Assembly (NCBI GenBank): GCA_039588295.1
Contig: JBDHAB010000025.1
Span: forward strand, 1-42,720
DNA from: Gemmatimonadota bacterium
GTDB taxonomy: Bacteria > Gemmatimonadota > Gemmatimonadetes > Gemmatimonadales > GWC2-71-9
Direction: 5' to 3'
DNA: 42,720 bases
The translations under genes were made by a program, and so were the position numbers. Positions 8,391 to 16,859 of this stretch are shown one piece after another (within the stretch, counting starts at the first letter, position 1; each line of letters starts with the position of its first letter). The notes beneath the pieces were generated by a model. That model was given only the letters and a program-made list of their open reading frames with translations. It was not told where the DNA came from and did no database searches.

Positions 8391-10391
8391 TTACGGAGCG
8401 CGGACGGCCCGCTCCACCTCGACTCGCGCCTCATTGTAGCACGCACCGCCACCGACTTCACTCACGGTCGGAGGACACACCGCGGTCGCCGTCTGACCGT
8501 TCATGGACGCGGCGCGCCACGCCCCCTTGGGTATCACGACGACCCCGCGACGGACCCCTACAGCCACACGTGCCACGCAAGCCACCGCTCCTAGATCGTT
8601 GAACACACGCACCGGATCGCCGTTCGCGATCGAGCGGTCCGCCGCGTCGGCCGGGTGGATCTCCACATACAACTCGGGCAGCGCGTATTCACCCATCGAG
8701 CTGTTCACGGTGCGGGAGGTCGCGGGACTCACCAGCGCGAGCGGGTAGCGTTCGTCCGTCAGCGAACGATACGCGTACGGCTCCGGTCCAAGCACACTCG
8801 GCACCAGGTGGATCTTCCCGTCCGCCGTGAGCGGATGCACGGTCTCAAACATCACCGGTGTCGTCCCGGGAAAGTCGTACTCCAACCACATCGAACCATG
8901 ACTCGGATCCGCACCGTCCATCGACAACGCACGGAGCGCCGCCTGCTCTGCCTCCACCGGATCCCACTGGAAAGCCTCGTCTGCGAATCCCATGGCCCGG
9001 CCCAGGAGGGCGAATACTTCGAGGTTTGATTTCGACTGACCCAGCGGCTCGACGACGGGGCGCACCGGGCCAACGCCGTAGCTGCCGTACGAGACCCGCA
9101 GGTCGATGTGCTCGAGGAACGTGGTGGCGGGAAGCACGATATCGGCGTACGGAGCCGTGTCGGTCATCACCTGATCGAACACGACCGTGAATAGATCGTC
9201 GCGGGCGAGCCCGCGTAGCACCGCGTTCTGATCGGGCACGGTCGCCGCCGGATTACAGTTGTACACGACCAGCGCTTTGACCGGCGGCTCGACCCCGTCG
9301 GTCAGCACCTCGCCGAGCTTGGTCATGTTGACGACCCGACTCGTCCATTCCAAGGCACCGAGTGCCGCTCTGCGATCCAGTCGCGCCGCTCCATTATTGC
9401 TCAGCGTGTACCCGCCTCCACGAACACCAAACTTGCCCAGGAGTGCAGGCATCGCGAGGATGGCGGCGACGGCGTGGCCCCCGTTGCGATTCCGTTCCAC
9501 ACCCCAGCCGCATCGCATGACCGCCGGCGTGGACTCAGCGAACACCCGGGCCACACGCTCGATGTCCCCGGCCTCCACGTCGGCCTCGCGCGCCGCGCGT
9601 TCGAGTGGCCAGGCCGCGGCCCGCTCGAGGAGCGGCTCGAGATCGACCGCGTGGCGTTCGAGGAAGGACCGGTCCAAGGACCCCCAGTCGCGCCACAGGT
9701 TGATCATCGATAGCGCAACCGGCAGATCGGTTCCGGGAAGGACCGGGAGGTGCAGGTCCGCCTCGTTCGCGGAGAAGTTGCGCCGCGGGTCCACCACGGC
9801 AACGAACGCCCCTCGTTCCCGCGCGGCGCGAAGATAGGGAACGAGGTGGATGTTCGACGCCTTTGGGTTCGCTCCCCAGACGATGATGCACTTGGCATGG
9901 ACGTAGTCCTGGAAGGCCACACCCGGCATCTTGCCGTACATCCCCAGTGCGACCATGGTCGTGGGCACGGCGCACAGCGTCTTCACGAGCCTCGAGGCTC
10001 CGAGCCGGGCGAAGAACAGATCGTCCAGATAGCCGTCGGTCAGGACCCCGTTGGAACCTCCGTAGTGATAGGGCAGGATGGCCTCTCCGCCCCACCGCTC
10101 CCGAATCTCGCGGAACCGGCTGACGATCTCACCAATGGCGTCGTCCCACGTGATCGGTGCAAAGTCTCCGGCGCCTTTGCGACCGACGCGGCGCAACGGG
10201 GAGAGCAATCGCAACTCGCCGTGCACCCGTCGGTCGAACCCGCGCACTTTGGAGCAGATGAAGCCGTTCGTGACGGGATTGAGTGAGGTACCCGCGATCT
10301 CGGTGATCCGTCCGTCGCTGACGCTCACTTCGAGTGAGCAGGCGTCGGGGCAGTCGAGCGGACAAGTGGTGTGGAGACGGGTGGGAGGCAT
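8391..10391 (-). CDS. Molybdopterin (bis-MGD) oxidoreductase catalytic subunit, YoaE-like, cytoplasmic
   Basis: N-terminal CPLDCPDAC...GFICSK Fe-S motif, ITWDDAI, WGANP, MTDTAPYADIVLPATTFLE and a C-terminal IHPADAA dinucleotide-binding domain. No Tat signal. Confidence 0.9.
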   Translation of the reverse strand: MPPTRLHTTCPLDCPDACSLEVSVSDGRITEIAGTSLNPVTNGFICSKVRGFDRRVHGELRLLSPLRRVGRKGAGDFAPITWDDAIGEIVSRFREIRERWGGEAILPYHYGGSNGVLTDGYLDDLFFARLGASRLVKTLCAVPTTMVALGMYGKMPGVAFQDYVHAKCIIVWGANPKASNIHLVPYLRAARERGAFVAVVDPRRNFSANEADLHLPVLPGTDLPVALSMINLWRDWGSLDRSFLERHAVDLEPLLERAAAWPLERAAREADVEAGDIERVARVFAESTPAVMRCGWGVERNRNGGHAVAAILAMPALLGKFGVRGGGYTLSNNGAARLDRRAALGALEWTSRVVNMTKLGEVLTDGVEPPVKALVVYNCNPAATVPDQNAVLRGLARDDLFTVVFDQVMTDTAPYADIVLPATTFLEHIDLRVSYGSYGVGPVRPVVEPLGQSKSNLEVFALLGRAMGFADEAFQWDPVEAEQAALRALSMDGADPSHGSMWLEYDFPGTTPVMFETVHPLTADGKIHLVPSVLGPEPYAYRSLTDERYPLALVSPATSRTVNSSMGEYALPELYVEIHPADAADRSIANGDPVRVFNDLGAVACVARVAVGVRRGVVVIPKGAWRAASMNGQTATAVCPPTVSEVGGGACYNEARVEVERAVRAP

Positions 10392-10500
10392 GCGGCAAGA
10401 TAGCGTTGGGGGTCCAGCAGGAGCTACACGGCACCCGCACTCCGCTGTCCGTTACGCGAACCCACAGGCGCCGGACAGCGGAGGAGGATGCGACTCGAGA

Positions 10501-10899
10501 TTATGGTTCCTGCTCTACCCTGCTTCCAGAAAGCTCCCCCGAATCGAACCCCAGCGCCCACGTGCCCGTGTACGTGTTGCCGACGAACGTCAAGGTTATG
10601 ACGAGATCCTCACCGCCCGCGTCGCCGAAGATGGTCATGACCTGACCCTCGACGGATACAGAGTAGATCTCGACGGGAGGAGGACCCGTGGTCGGCTCGA
10701 CCATGCCCGTGTACGAGCCGGGTTCGCCCCGAATCACGATCCGCCCATTGATCATCTGGCCTTCGAAGGATGCCTCGAAGTTGTAGACACCCACGGGATC
10801 CAACACCCGGGGCGCTGGAGCCTCGGCACCTCCGCGAGCCGAACAGGCACTCCCCACAAGGACCGCGCCGAGCACGAGAACGGATAGCGGTTTCGTCAC
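10501..10899 (-). CDS. Hypothetical lipoprotein (small, beta-strand-rich)
   Basis: GTG start after a GAGGAG RBS, hydrophobic signal with lipobox GSAC, and an acidic mature region. Confidence 0.75.
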   Translation of the reverse strand: MTKPLSVLVLGAVLVGSACSARGGAEAPAPRVLDPVGVYNFEASFEGQMINGRIVIRGEPGSYTGMVEPTTGPPPVEIYSVSVEGQVMTIFGDAGGEDLVITLTFVGNTYTGTWALGFDSGELSGSRVEQEP

Positions 10900-11035
10900 A
10901 ACGTCTCCTCGTCGACTGTGGTGGTCAGCTTATCATCCGAGACGGGTGTACGGAAGAGAAGCTGTCGCGCGCTCGACCCGACAACCACCCGGCTCGAGCG
11001 TGCGCACACCTCCGTCTCATCGCACAGATCTCGAC

Positions 11036-11704
11036 CTAGCGGTTCCGGACCTTGCTGCGAACGTGTAGCCGGACCTCCTCCCGGACCTCAGTCCGCAGAC
11101 GATGGATCTGGTCTGAGAACTCGGTGCAGGCAGTGCCCGCCGAGCCGGACGCCACGGTCACGCTGGTCGCTTCACCGCTCCCCGCGACGACCGCCACCTC
11201 CGCAACCCCTGGCATATGCTCGCACGGCAGGTCCTCCTTTGCCAGGAAGAGGCCCAGTTCCTGATCGGCCCCTACCACCCCGACCGATCCAAACCGGACG
11301 AGCCCGCTCGTGTCCGAAATACACTGCATCGCGTGTTTGACGCCCCCGACGGGACCCCTACGGTCGAACGCATCCGGATCCAAATGGATGCTGCACTCTG
11401 AAAGTTTCTCGAGATCGGCCTCGTCCACGGACGCCAGCTCGATCCTGATACTGTCAACCGTGCCCGGTTTGTGGCGCTCGATGACCACTGCGTCGAGCTT
11501 CCCCACCTTGTCGCCCTCGATGTAGGCGGGCACGAATCCCAAATGCATGGTGACGGGGTTGGGGCTGTGCTCGAGGCTATCGGCCCAGGCTTCTATCTGG
11601 GCCTTCAGTTTCCCCGCGTTACGGACGCCCCACACCACCCCAAGCCCGACCACCACCACGAGCGGGGCTCCCACAGCCACCACGAGTCTCCGAAAGGTCG
11701 ACAT
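11036..11704 (-). CDS. Hypothetical protein with an N-terminal membrane anchor
   Basis: ATG after GAGGA, one N-terminal TM segment and a soluble domain with 4 Cys. Confidence 0.65.
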   Translation of the reverse strand: MSTFRRLVVAVGAPLVVVVGLGVVWGVRNAGKLKAQIEAWADSLEHSPNPVTMHLGFVPAYIEGDKVGKLDAVVIERHKPGTVDSIRIELASVDEADLEKLSECSIHLDPDAFDRRGPVGGVKHAMQCISDTSGLVRFGSVGVVGADQELGLFLAKEDLPCEHMPGVAEVAVVAGSGEATSVTVASGSAGTACTEFSDQIHRLRTEVREEVRLHVRSKVRNR

Positions 11705-11894
11705 AGGCCTATCCTCGAGTATCCAGAGGGTTCACACCCTAATACGACCCCGGTCCACGGGTGGTTTCAAGTCCGGATCGGAGACCTGCAGGCCCCTCGC
11801 CGACGCCGACGCGCTCCCCCTTGCGGTTCCCGGAGCGGCGCGCTTCCCTTCCAGCGGAATCCAAGGGTTCCGACCTTTGCCGCGGAGCTATGCC

Positions 11895-12557
11895 GTGTCG
11901 TTCTGCCAGGAGCAGCTCACTCGCCTCAAACCCCTGTGGGATCTGATGCTCGACCACCGGTTCCTGCGCGAGACTCGGGACGGAACGATTTCGGATGAGC
12001 GTTTTGCGGTGTGGATGCGTCAGGACTACCTGTTCGTCGAGGCCGCCATTCCGTTCATCGCGGCGCTCATCGCCAAGGCCCCACAGCATCACTGGGAGCC
12101 ACTCACCGGGGTGATCGGCGCGCTCGAGAAAGAGCTCACGCTATTCGAGGAGCGGGCAGCCGCGGTGGGGGTGACCCTCCGGGGTGCGCCGCCATCCTTC
12201 ACCAATCACGCCTACATCCAGTTCCTCCTGGCAGCCGCGTACCGCGCGTCCTACGCCGAGGGCTATACCGTGCTCTACGCTGCGGAAAAGGCCTACTTCG
12301 ACTCGTGGAGCGTGGTCCAGGCAGGCATCGACCGAGACTCGAAGTGGTACCCGTTCGTGGAGAACTGGGCCGGCGAGGCGTTTGCCCAGTACGTGGCCTA
12401 TCTCGAAGGAGAGCTCGATCGACTGGCCAACGAGGCCGGCCCCGGGGAACGAGGGCGCATGGCCGAGCTGTTCGAGTTCACCACCAAGTACGAGATTGCC
12501 TTCTGGGAGATGGCGGCAACGGGAGAGGGATGGCCGGGAATGAGGGCGAAGGGATAA
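11895..12557 (+). CDS. tenA: TenA family protein, Cys-less TenA_E-like type
   Basis: GTG start after GGAG. Contains HRFL...DGTI...WMRQDYLFV and YEIAFWEMA; LYAAEKAY stands where TenA_C has LLPC. Confidence 0.85.
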   Translation: MSFCQEQLTRLKPLWDLMLDHRFLRETRDGTISDERFAVWMRQDYLFVEAAIPFIAALIAKAPQHHWEPLTGVIGALEKELTLFEERAAAVGVTLRGAPPSFTNHAYIQFLLAAAYRASYAEGYTVLYAAEKAYFDSWSVVQAGIDRDSKWYPFVENWAGEAFAQYVAYLEGELDRLANEAGPGERGRMAELFEFTTKYEIAFWEMAATGEGWPGMRAKG

Positions 12558-12580
12558 GGGATAAGGGAGAAGGGAGAGGG
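12536..12580 (+). repeat. GGGNNAA heptamer tandem repeat with G-quadruplex potential
   Basis: GGGAATGA-GGGCGAA-GGGATAA-GGGATAA-GGGAGAA-GGGAGA-GGG, spanning the first tenA stop codon. Confidence 0.8.
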
Positions 12581-12595
12581 CTGCGACGGCTGCCT

Positions 12596-13261
12596 ATGAC
12601 GCTCACCGATCAGTGTTTCAACGCGGCGAAGCCCATCTGGGATGAGCAGCTACGACACAAGTTCGTGCAGCAACTCGGTGACGGCTCCTTGGCCGTCGAG
12701 CGGTTCAGGCGTTGGGTGCTGCAAGACTACCTCTACCTCAAGGAATTCGCGCGCATCTTTGCGTGGGCCGTGGCGAAGGCGGATCAGCTGGACTCGATGG
12801 GCTGGTACGCCAAGGTCCTCGATCTCACGCTAAACACCGAGATGGCGCTGCACCGGACGTACGCGGAGCGCTTCGGCGTTTCGCCGGAGGAGCTCGAGGC
12901 GCAGCCGATGTGGCCGACGACTCGAGCGTACACGGATTTCCTCGTGCGCACGTCCGCCGACGGCGACATGGCGGATCTCCTCGCGGCGCTGTTACCCTGC
13001 GCGTGGGGCTATGTCTACATCGCGCAGGACCTGGCGGGGCAAGACCCACCGGAAGATCAGCGATACGCCGATTGGATTGCCCAATACGCTTCCCAGGAGT
13101 TCGCCGACGCGGCGGAGTGGCTCAAGGCCGAGCTCAATCGGGTTGCTGCCGGCGCAACCGAAGAGAAGCGAAGCCGACTCATCGAGCTGTTCGTGTTATC
13201 CAGCCGCTACGAGTGGAGTTTCTGGGAGATGTGTTGGCACGGAGAGGCATGGCGTCCCTGA
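12596..13261 (+). CDS. tenA: Thiaminase II / aminopyrimidine aminohydrolase (TenA_C)
   Basis: HKFVQQLGDGSL, QDYLYL, catalytic LLPCAWGY, YADWIAQY and SSRYEWSFWEM. Confidence 0.92.
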   Translation: MTLTDQCFNAAKPIWDEQLRHKFVQQLGDGSLAVERFRRWVLQDYLYLKEFARIFAWAVAKADQLDSMGWYAKVLDLTLNTEMALHRTYAERFGVSPEELEAQPMWPTTRAYTDFLVRTSADGDMADLLAALLPCAWGYVYIAQDLAGQDPPEDQRYADWIAQYASQEFADAAEWLKAELNRVAAGATEEKRSRLIELFVLSSRYEWSFWEMCWHGEAWRP

Positions 13262-13385
13262 GCCCTCGCTCGCCGGACCCCGTCTGGCTCCGACAATCCG
13301 GGAAATCCACTCTCCTCCGACCGCGCTGGCTCCGTGCTGGTGCGGCCCGTATCGTTGCCAGGAACCCCGATAGCCGGAGCCGCCA

Positions 13386-14507
13386 ATGCAGCGTCGCACG
13401 TTTCTCCGCACGAGCCTGTCTGCCGGCGCCCTGGGCGCAGGGGGGCTTGCCCTCGCTCCCCGCCTCCACCCCGTGGCCGCGCCTCAGGCGGGTGCCTCAC
13501 CGATTCGACTCTCCTCGAACGAAAACCCACTGGGGATCTCACCAGCCGCGCGCGAGGCGATCGTCGCAGAGATGAGCGACGCCAACCGCTATCCCCGGAG
13601 GCGTGGAGAGATCATCGAGGCGCTGGCTGCCAAGCACGGCGTGGGAGGCGAGCACATCGTGCTTGGCGCGGGATCGACCGAAGTGTTGAAGATGGCGGTG
13701 CAGGCGCTGGCCTCTCCGAATGGGACCTTGATCCTCGCCGACCCAACGTACGAAGACGCACTGTTCTATGGTGCGCCGTTTCCGCTCCGGGTCGAGAAGG
13801 TCCCGCTCACTGCCGAGTACGCGCACAATCTGGATCGCATGCGTGCCCGGGCGGAAGCCGCAACGGGCAGGGTCCTGGTGTTTCTGTGCAATCCGAACAA
13901 CCCGACCGGCACACTTACACTCAGCGCGGCGATCGATGCCTGGATCCGTGAGGCGCCCCCGCACGTGCACTTCCTGGTCGACGAGGCCTATTTCGACTAC
14001 GTCGAGGACGATGCGTATTGGACGGCCCTCAGGTGGATTCCCGATCGCCCAAACGTGCTCGTCGCCCGCACCTTCTCAAAAGTCTACGGCATGGCCGGCG
14101 TCCGGTTGGGCTACGGCATCATGCATGCGAATCTCGCGCAACGGCTCAGGTCTTTCCACGTTCGCAACAACGCCAATCACTTTGCGATCGTGGGCGGCCT
14201 CGCCAGCCTGGGAGACGACGCGTTTGTCCGACAGAGTCTCGCCGTGAATGAGCGAGGGAAACAGGTTCTCTACCGGTGCCTGGACGAGCTCCAGCTCGCC
14301 TACCTGCCGAGCCACACCAACTTCGTGATGCACCGGATCACCGGCGACCTCGGGGCCTACCGTACGCGCATGCGCGAGGTGGGAATCTGGGTCGGCCGAC
14401 CGTTTCCGCCGATGCTCGATCATTGTCGGTTGTCCATTGGACTCCCGTCTGAAATGGAGACGTTTGCGGAGACGCTGCGGAAGTTCCGGCTGGACGGGAG
14501 CGTCTGA
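13386..14507 (+). CDS. PLP-dependent class I/II aminotransferase (histidinol-phosphate aminotransferase-like) with a Tat signal peptide
   Basis: MQRRTFLRTSLSAGALGAGG signal; LSSNENP, CNPNNPTG, DEAY and RTFSKVYGMAGVRLGY (PLP lysine). Confidence 0.9.
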   Translation: MQRRTFLRTSLSAGALGAGGLALAPRLHPVAAPQAGASPIRLSSNENPLGISPAAREAIVAEMSDANRYPRRRGEIIEALAAKHGVGGEHIVLGAGSTEVLKMAVQALASPNGTLILADPTYEDALFYGAPFPLRVEKVPLTAEYAHNLDRMRARAEAATGRVLVFLCNPNNPTGTLTLSAAIDAWIREAPPHVHFLVDEAYFDYVEDDAYWTALRWIPDRPNVLVARTFSKVYGMAGVRLGYGIMHANLAQRLRSFHVRNNANHFAIVGGLASLGDDAFVRQSLAVNERGKQVLYRCLDELQLAYLPSHTNFVMHRITGDLGAYRTRMREVGIWVGRPFPPMLDHCRLSIGLPSEMETFAETLRKFRLDGSV

Positions 14508-14524
14508 GCGGGAGGACTCGCCGT

Positions 14525-14806
14525 CTAGCCTCCGAACACCTCTGCCACGATGCGGGCGCGGAAATCGAAGATCGCGTTGAGCTGACGCCGAACCGGTGCG
14601 GCGGCTCCCACAGCGTGATGAGCGAGTTCCACCGTTGCGGCATGGAGCCCTTCGCGCATCTCCAACTCACCCTCGTTGAGGACGCGGAAGCCCAGCCAGC
14701 GCGGCGTGATGCGAGCGAGGTTGCGCGGCTCGGCATAGAACGAGAACACCTCCTCGACGGGCCGTGGGACGGTCTGGGATCGCACGAGCAGGAATTCAGC
14801 AGCCAT
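14525..14806 (-). pseudogene. SRPBCC-family protein with two internal deletions
   Basis: The N-terminus (QTVPRPVEEVFSFYAEPRNLARITP) and C-terminus (VRRQLNAIFDFR) share one frame. The conserved middle piece PQRWNSLITLWEPPHRF lies in another frame. The ORF is 93 aa, against roughly 150 aa expected. Confidence 0.7.
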
Positions 14807-14872
14807 GGCAGGTGTTCTCCTGGGGCAAAGATGTCCGGTTTAGAGGACGAAGCGGAACGTAGCCTGGAACCG

Positions 14873-14897
14873 TAAAGTGTTGTACGACAACATGTTA
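14873..14897. promoter_or_regulatory. 25-bp palindromic operator-like site TAA-N4-TTG-N5-CAA-N4-TTA (copy 1)
   Basis: TAAAGTGTTGTACGACAACATGTTA in the AT-rich divergent intergenic region; the same architecture recurs at 25531. Confidence 0.55.
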
Positions 14898-15017
14898 ACC
14901 TTTGGAACACATTTTGCTGTTCTCACGGGTGGAACTCGCGTCTCCCCCCGTACAAGATGTTAGGTTTCGAGGGGAGCCGAAAACGGCCTCCGGAGGAGGC
15001 CAGGCCCGGGAGGACTC

Positions 15018-16721
15018 ATGGTTACTGCGCTACTCCTTTCTTCGCTGACGCTCTCGCCGGCCGCCACGCCTGCATTCCACGCCCAGGTCCAGGCACCGGT
15101 CCAGGTGTGGTTGAACAAGCAGGGCCATATCTGGCGTGGTGATCGCGTCCGCGTGTATGCGCGTGCCGAAGTGGATGGGTATTTGCTCATCCTCCACGCC
15201 GAGCCGGACGGGCGAGTCCGAGTGCTGTTCCCATTGGACCCCTACCATGACACGTACGTTCGCGGCGACCGCGATTTCGAGATTCGCGGGCGCGGCGATC
15301 GTGAGGCATTTCGGGTATACGAATCGAGCGGTGCCGGAACGGTGTTCGCGGCATTCTCGCGCGACCCGTTCGACTTCAGCCAGTTCGTGCAGGCGGATCA
15401 CTGGGATTACCGCCTGCTCGATGCGTGGCGCGTTACCGCGGATCTCGACCCCGAGGCCGAGCTCACCGCGTTGGTCAGTGAGATGGCCGGCGGCGCGCAC
15501 TTCGACTACGACCTGACGCACTACTACGTCGGCGAGCAAGTCGCGGGCTCGAGCGGGTACTACGGCGATTACTACGGCAGTCGATACTACCGGCCGTACG
15601 TCGGCCTCAGCTTCGGCTGGTGGGACCCATGGTATTGGCGGGTCGGGTTCTCCTGGGGTCGGCCGTACCACTGGGCCTATGACCCCTGGTACGACCCATG
15701 GTGGGATCCGTACTGGTACGGGTACTACCCGATGCGCTACCGGAGCCACTACTACTACGGCTACGACCGGTACTACTACGGTGGTCGGTCCTACTACCGT
15801 TACCCACGCACGTACTACGCTGGTGGATCGACCCGCGGCCGCTACACGTTCAAGACCTGGGATCGGAGTTTCGCCGACGGCGGCATCACGGTACGGCGCC
15901 GGTACCAGCCGCGCACCACGAGTGTCGTTCGGTCGACACTGTCACAGCGGGCGACCACCCGGTTGAGCGGGCAGCCAGTGCGGACGACCAGCCGTCGGGT
16001 TGCCCCGACCGCCGACCGCACGACCGGGCGCCGCACGGCGCCGGCGAACACGCAATCCAACGGTCGCCGGGTACAGCCGTCGGGCTGGGGTATCACCGAC
16101 GGGCGGCGGACCATTCAGCCGACCGAGCGATCCCCCGACACGCGGTCCGCGGAGCGTCGCCGCGTCGACGAGTCACGGGACGCACAGGTCCAGAACGGGC
16201 GCCGGGCCACGCCGGAACAGAATGTTCGACCGGACGCCGGCGTCGAGACCCGCCGCGTTCCCAGCCCCAAGCGGGAGACCATTGAGACGCGCCGCGGGAC
16301 GAGCTCCGAAACGCGCACTCGCGCACCGGATCGCTCGAAGACGCAGGTGAAGACCCAGTCGTCGGAACGGCAGGCGACACCGAGTCGGACGACGCCGCAG
16401 CGCCGGGCGACCCCGACCCGGCAAGCCACGCCGCAGCGGTCGACGCCGAGCCGGGCCCAGCCGCAGCGCTCGACGCCGACGCGGAAGGCTACCCCAACGC
16501 GCTCGAGCCCGAGCCGGGCCCAGCCACAGCGGTCCACACCGACGCGGAAGGCGTCGCCAGCACCCCGCCAGGCACCCACCCGGCGTGCATCGCCGGCGCC
16601 CAGGGCGCCATCGCGCCCGTCGACACGATCGGCTCCACGCCCGTCGTCACGACCGTCGGCTCGGCCAGCCCCATCACGCGGCTCGTCACGATCCGGATCG
16701 GCACGGCGGCCAAAGAACTAG
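15018..16721 (+). CDS. Exported DUF4384-like protein with a Tyr/Trp-rich segment and a long Arg/Ser/Thr/Pro low-complexity tail
   Basis: GGAGG RBS and signal peptide; GDRVRVY...DGYLLILHAEPDGRVRVLFP (DUF4384-like); then W/Y-rich repeats and a basic repeat tail. Confidence 0.75.
   Translation: MVTALLLSSLTLSPAATPAFHAQVQAPVQVWLNKQGHIWRGDRVRVYARAEVDGYLLILHAEPDGRVRVLFPLDPYHDTYVRGDRDFEIRGRGDREAFRVYESSGAGTVFAAFSRDPFDFSQFVQADHWDYRLLDAWRVTADLDPEAELTALVSEMAGGAHFDYDLTHYYVGEQVAGSSGYYGDYYGSRYYRPYVGLSFGWWDPWYWRVGFSWGRPYHWAYDPWYDPWWDPYWYGYYPMRYRSHYYYGYDRYYYGGRSYYRYPRTYYAGGSTRGRYTFKTWDRSFADGGITVRRRYQPRTTSVVRSTLSQRATTRLSGQPVRTTSRRVAPTADRTTGRRTAPANTQSNGRRVQPSGWGITDGRRTIQPTERSPDTRSAERRRVDESRDAQVQNGRRATPEQNVRPDAGVETRRVPSPKRETIETRRGTSSETRTRAPDRSKTQVKTQSSERQATPSRTTPQRRATPTRQATPQRSTPSRAQPQRSTPTRKATPTRSSPSRAQPQRSTPTRKASPAPRQAPTRRASPAPRAPSRPSTRSAPRPSSRPSARPAPSRGSSRSGSARRPKN
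16437..16552 (+). repeat. 63-bp-period intragenic tandem duplication encoding RS(T/S)PSRAQPQRSTPTRKA
   Basis: CCGAGCCGGGCCCAGCC occurs at 16446 and 16509, and the GACGCGGAAGGC segment repeats with the same period. Confidence 0.8.
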
Positions 16722-16742
16722 CGTACTGTTCCGACATGACCG

Positions 16743-16771
16743 AAAGGGGGCCGATCGGCCCCCTTTTTCTT
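16743..16771 (+). terminator. Rho-independent terminator, possibly bidirectional
   Basis: AAAGGGGGCCGATCGGCCCCCTTTTTCTT: a GC-rich hairpin flanked by A and T tracts. Confidence 0.85.
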
Positions 16772-16859
16772 GCCCGCTGCGTGACGTCGAGCCTCAGCTC
16801 CCGGTGTCTTCGAGACTGGCGGCGCTTCACGGGGTTCCGTAGGTTTGCCAACACCACTC

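Noticed and set aside
11705..11894. Possible TPP riboswitch upstream of the tenA pair
   Set aside because: The conserved CUGAGA and the ACCUGA...AGGGA core are not found. An Rfam scan would be definitive.
11547..12595. Long N-terminal extensions of the two TenA ORFs in the ORF track
   Set aside because: They overlap other genes and look non-coding. Starts at 11895 and 12596 give normal ~220-aa TenA proteins.
16370..16700. Repetitive DNA resembling a CRISPR or other repeat array
   Set aside because: The repeats are degenerate, in frame and encode the low-complexity tail; there are no unique spacers and no cas genes.
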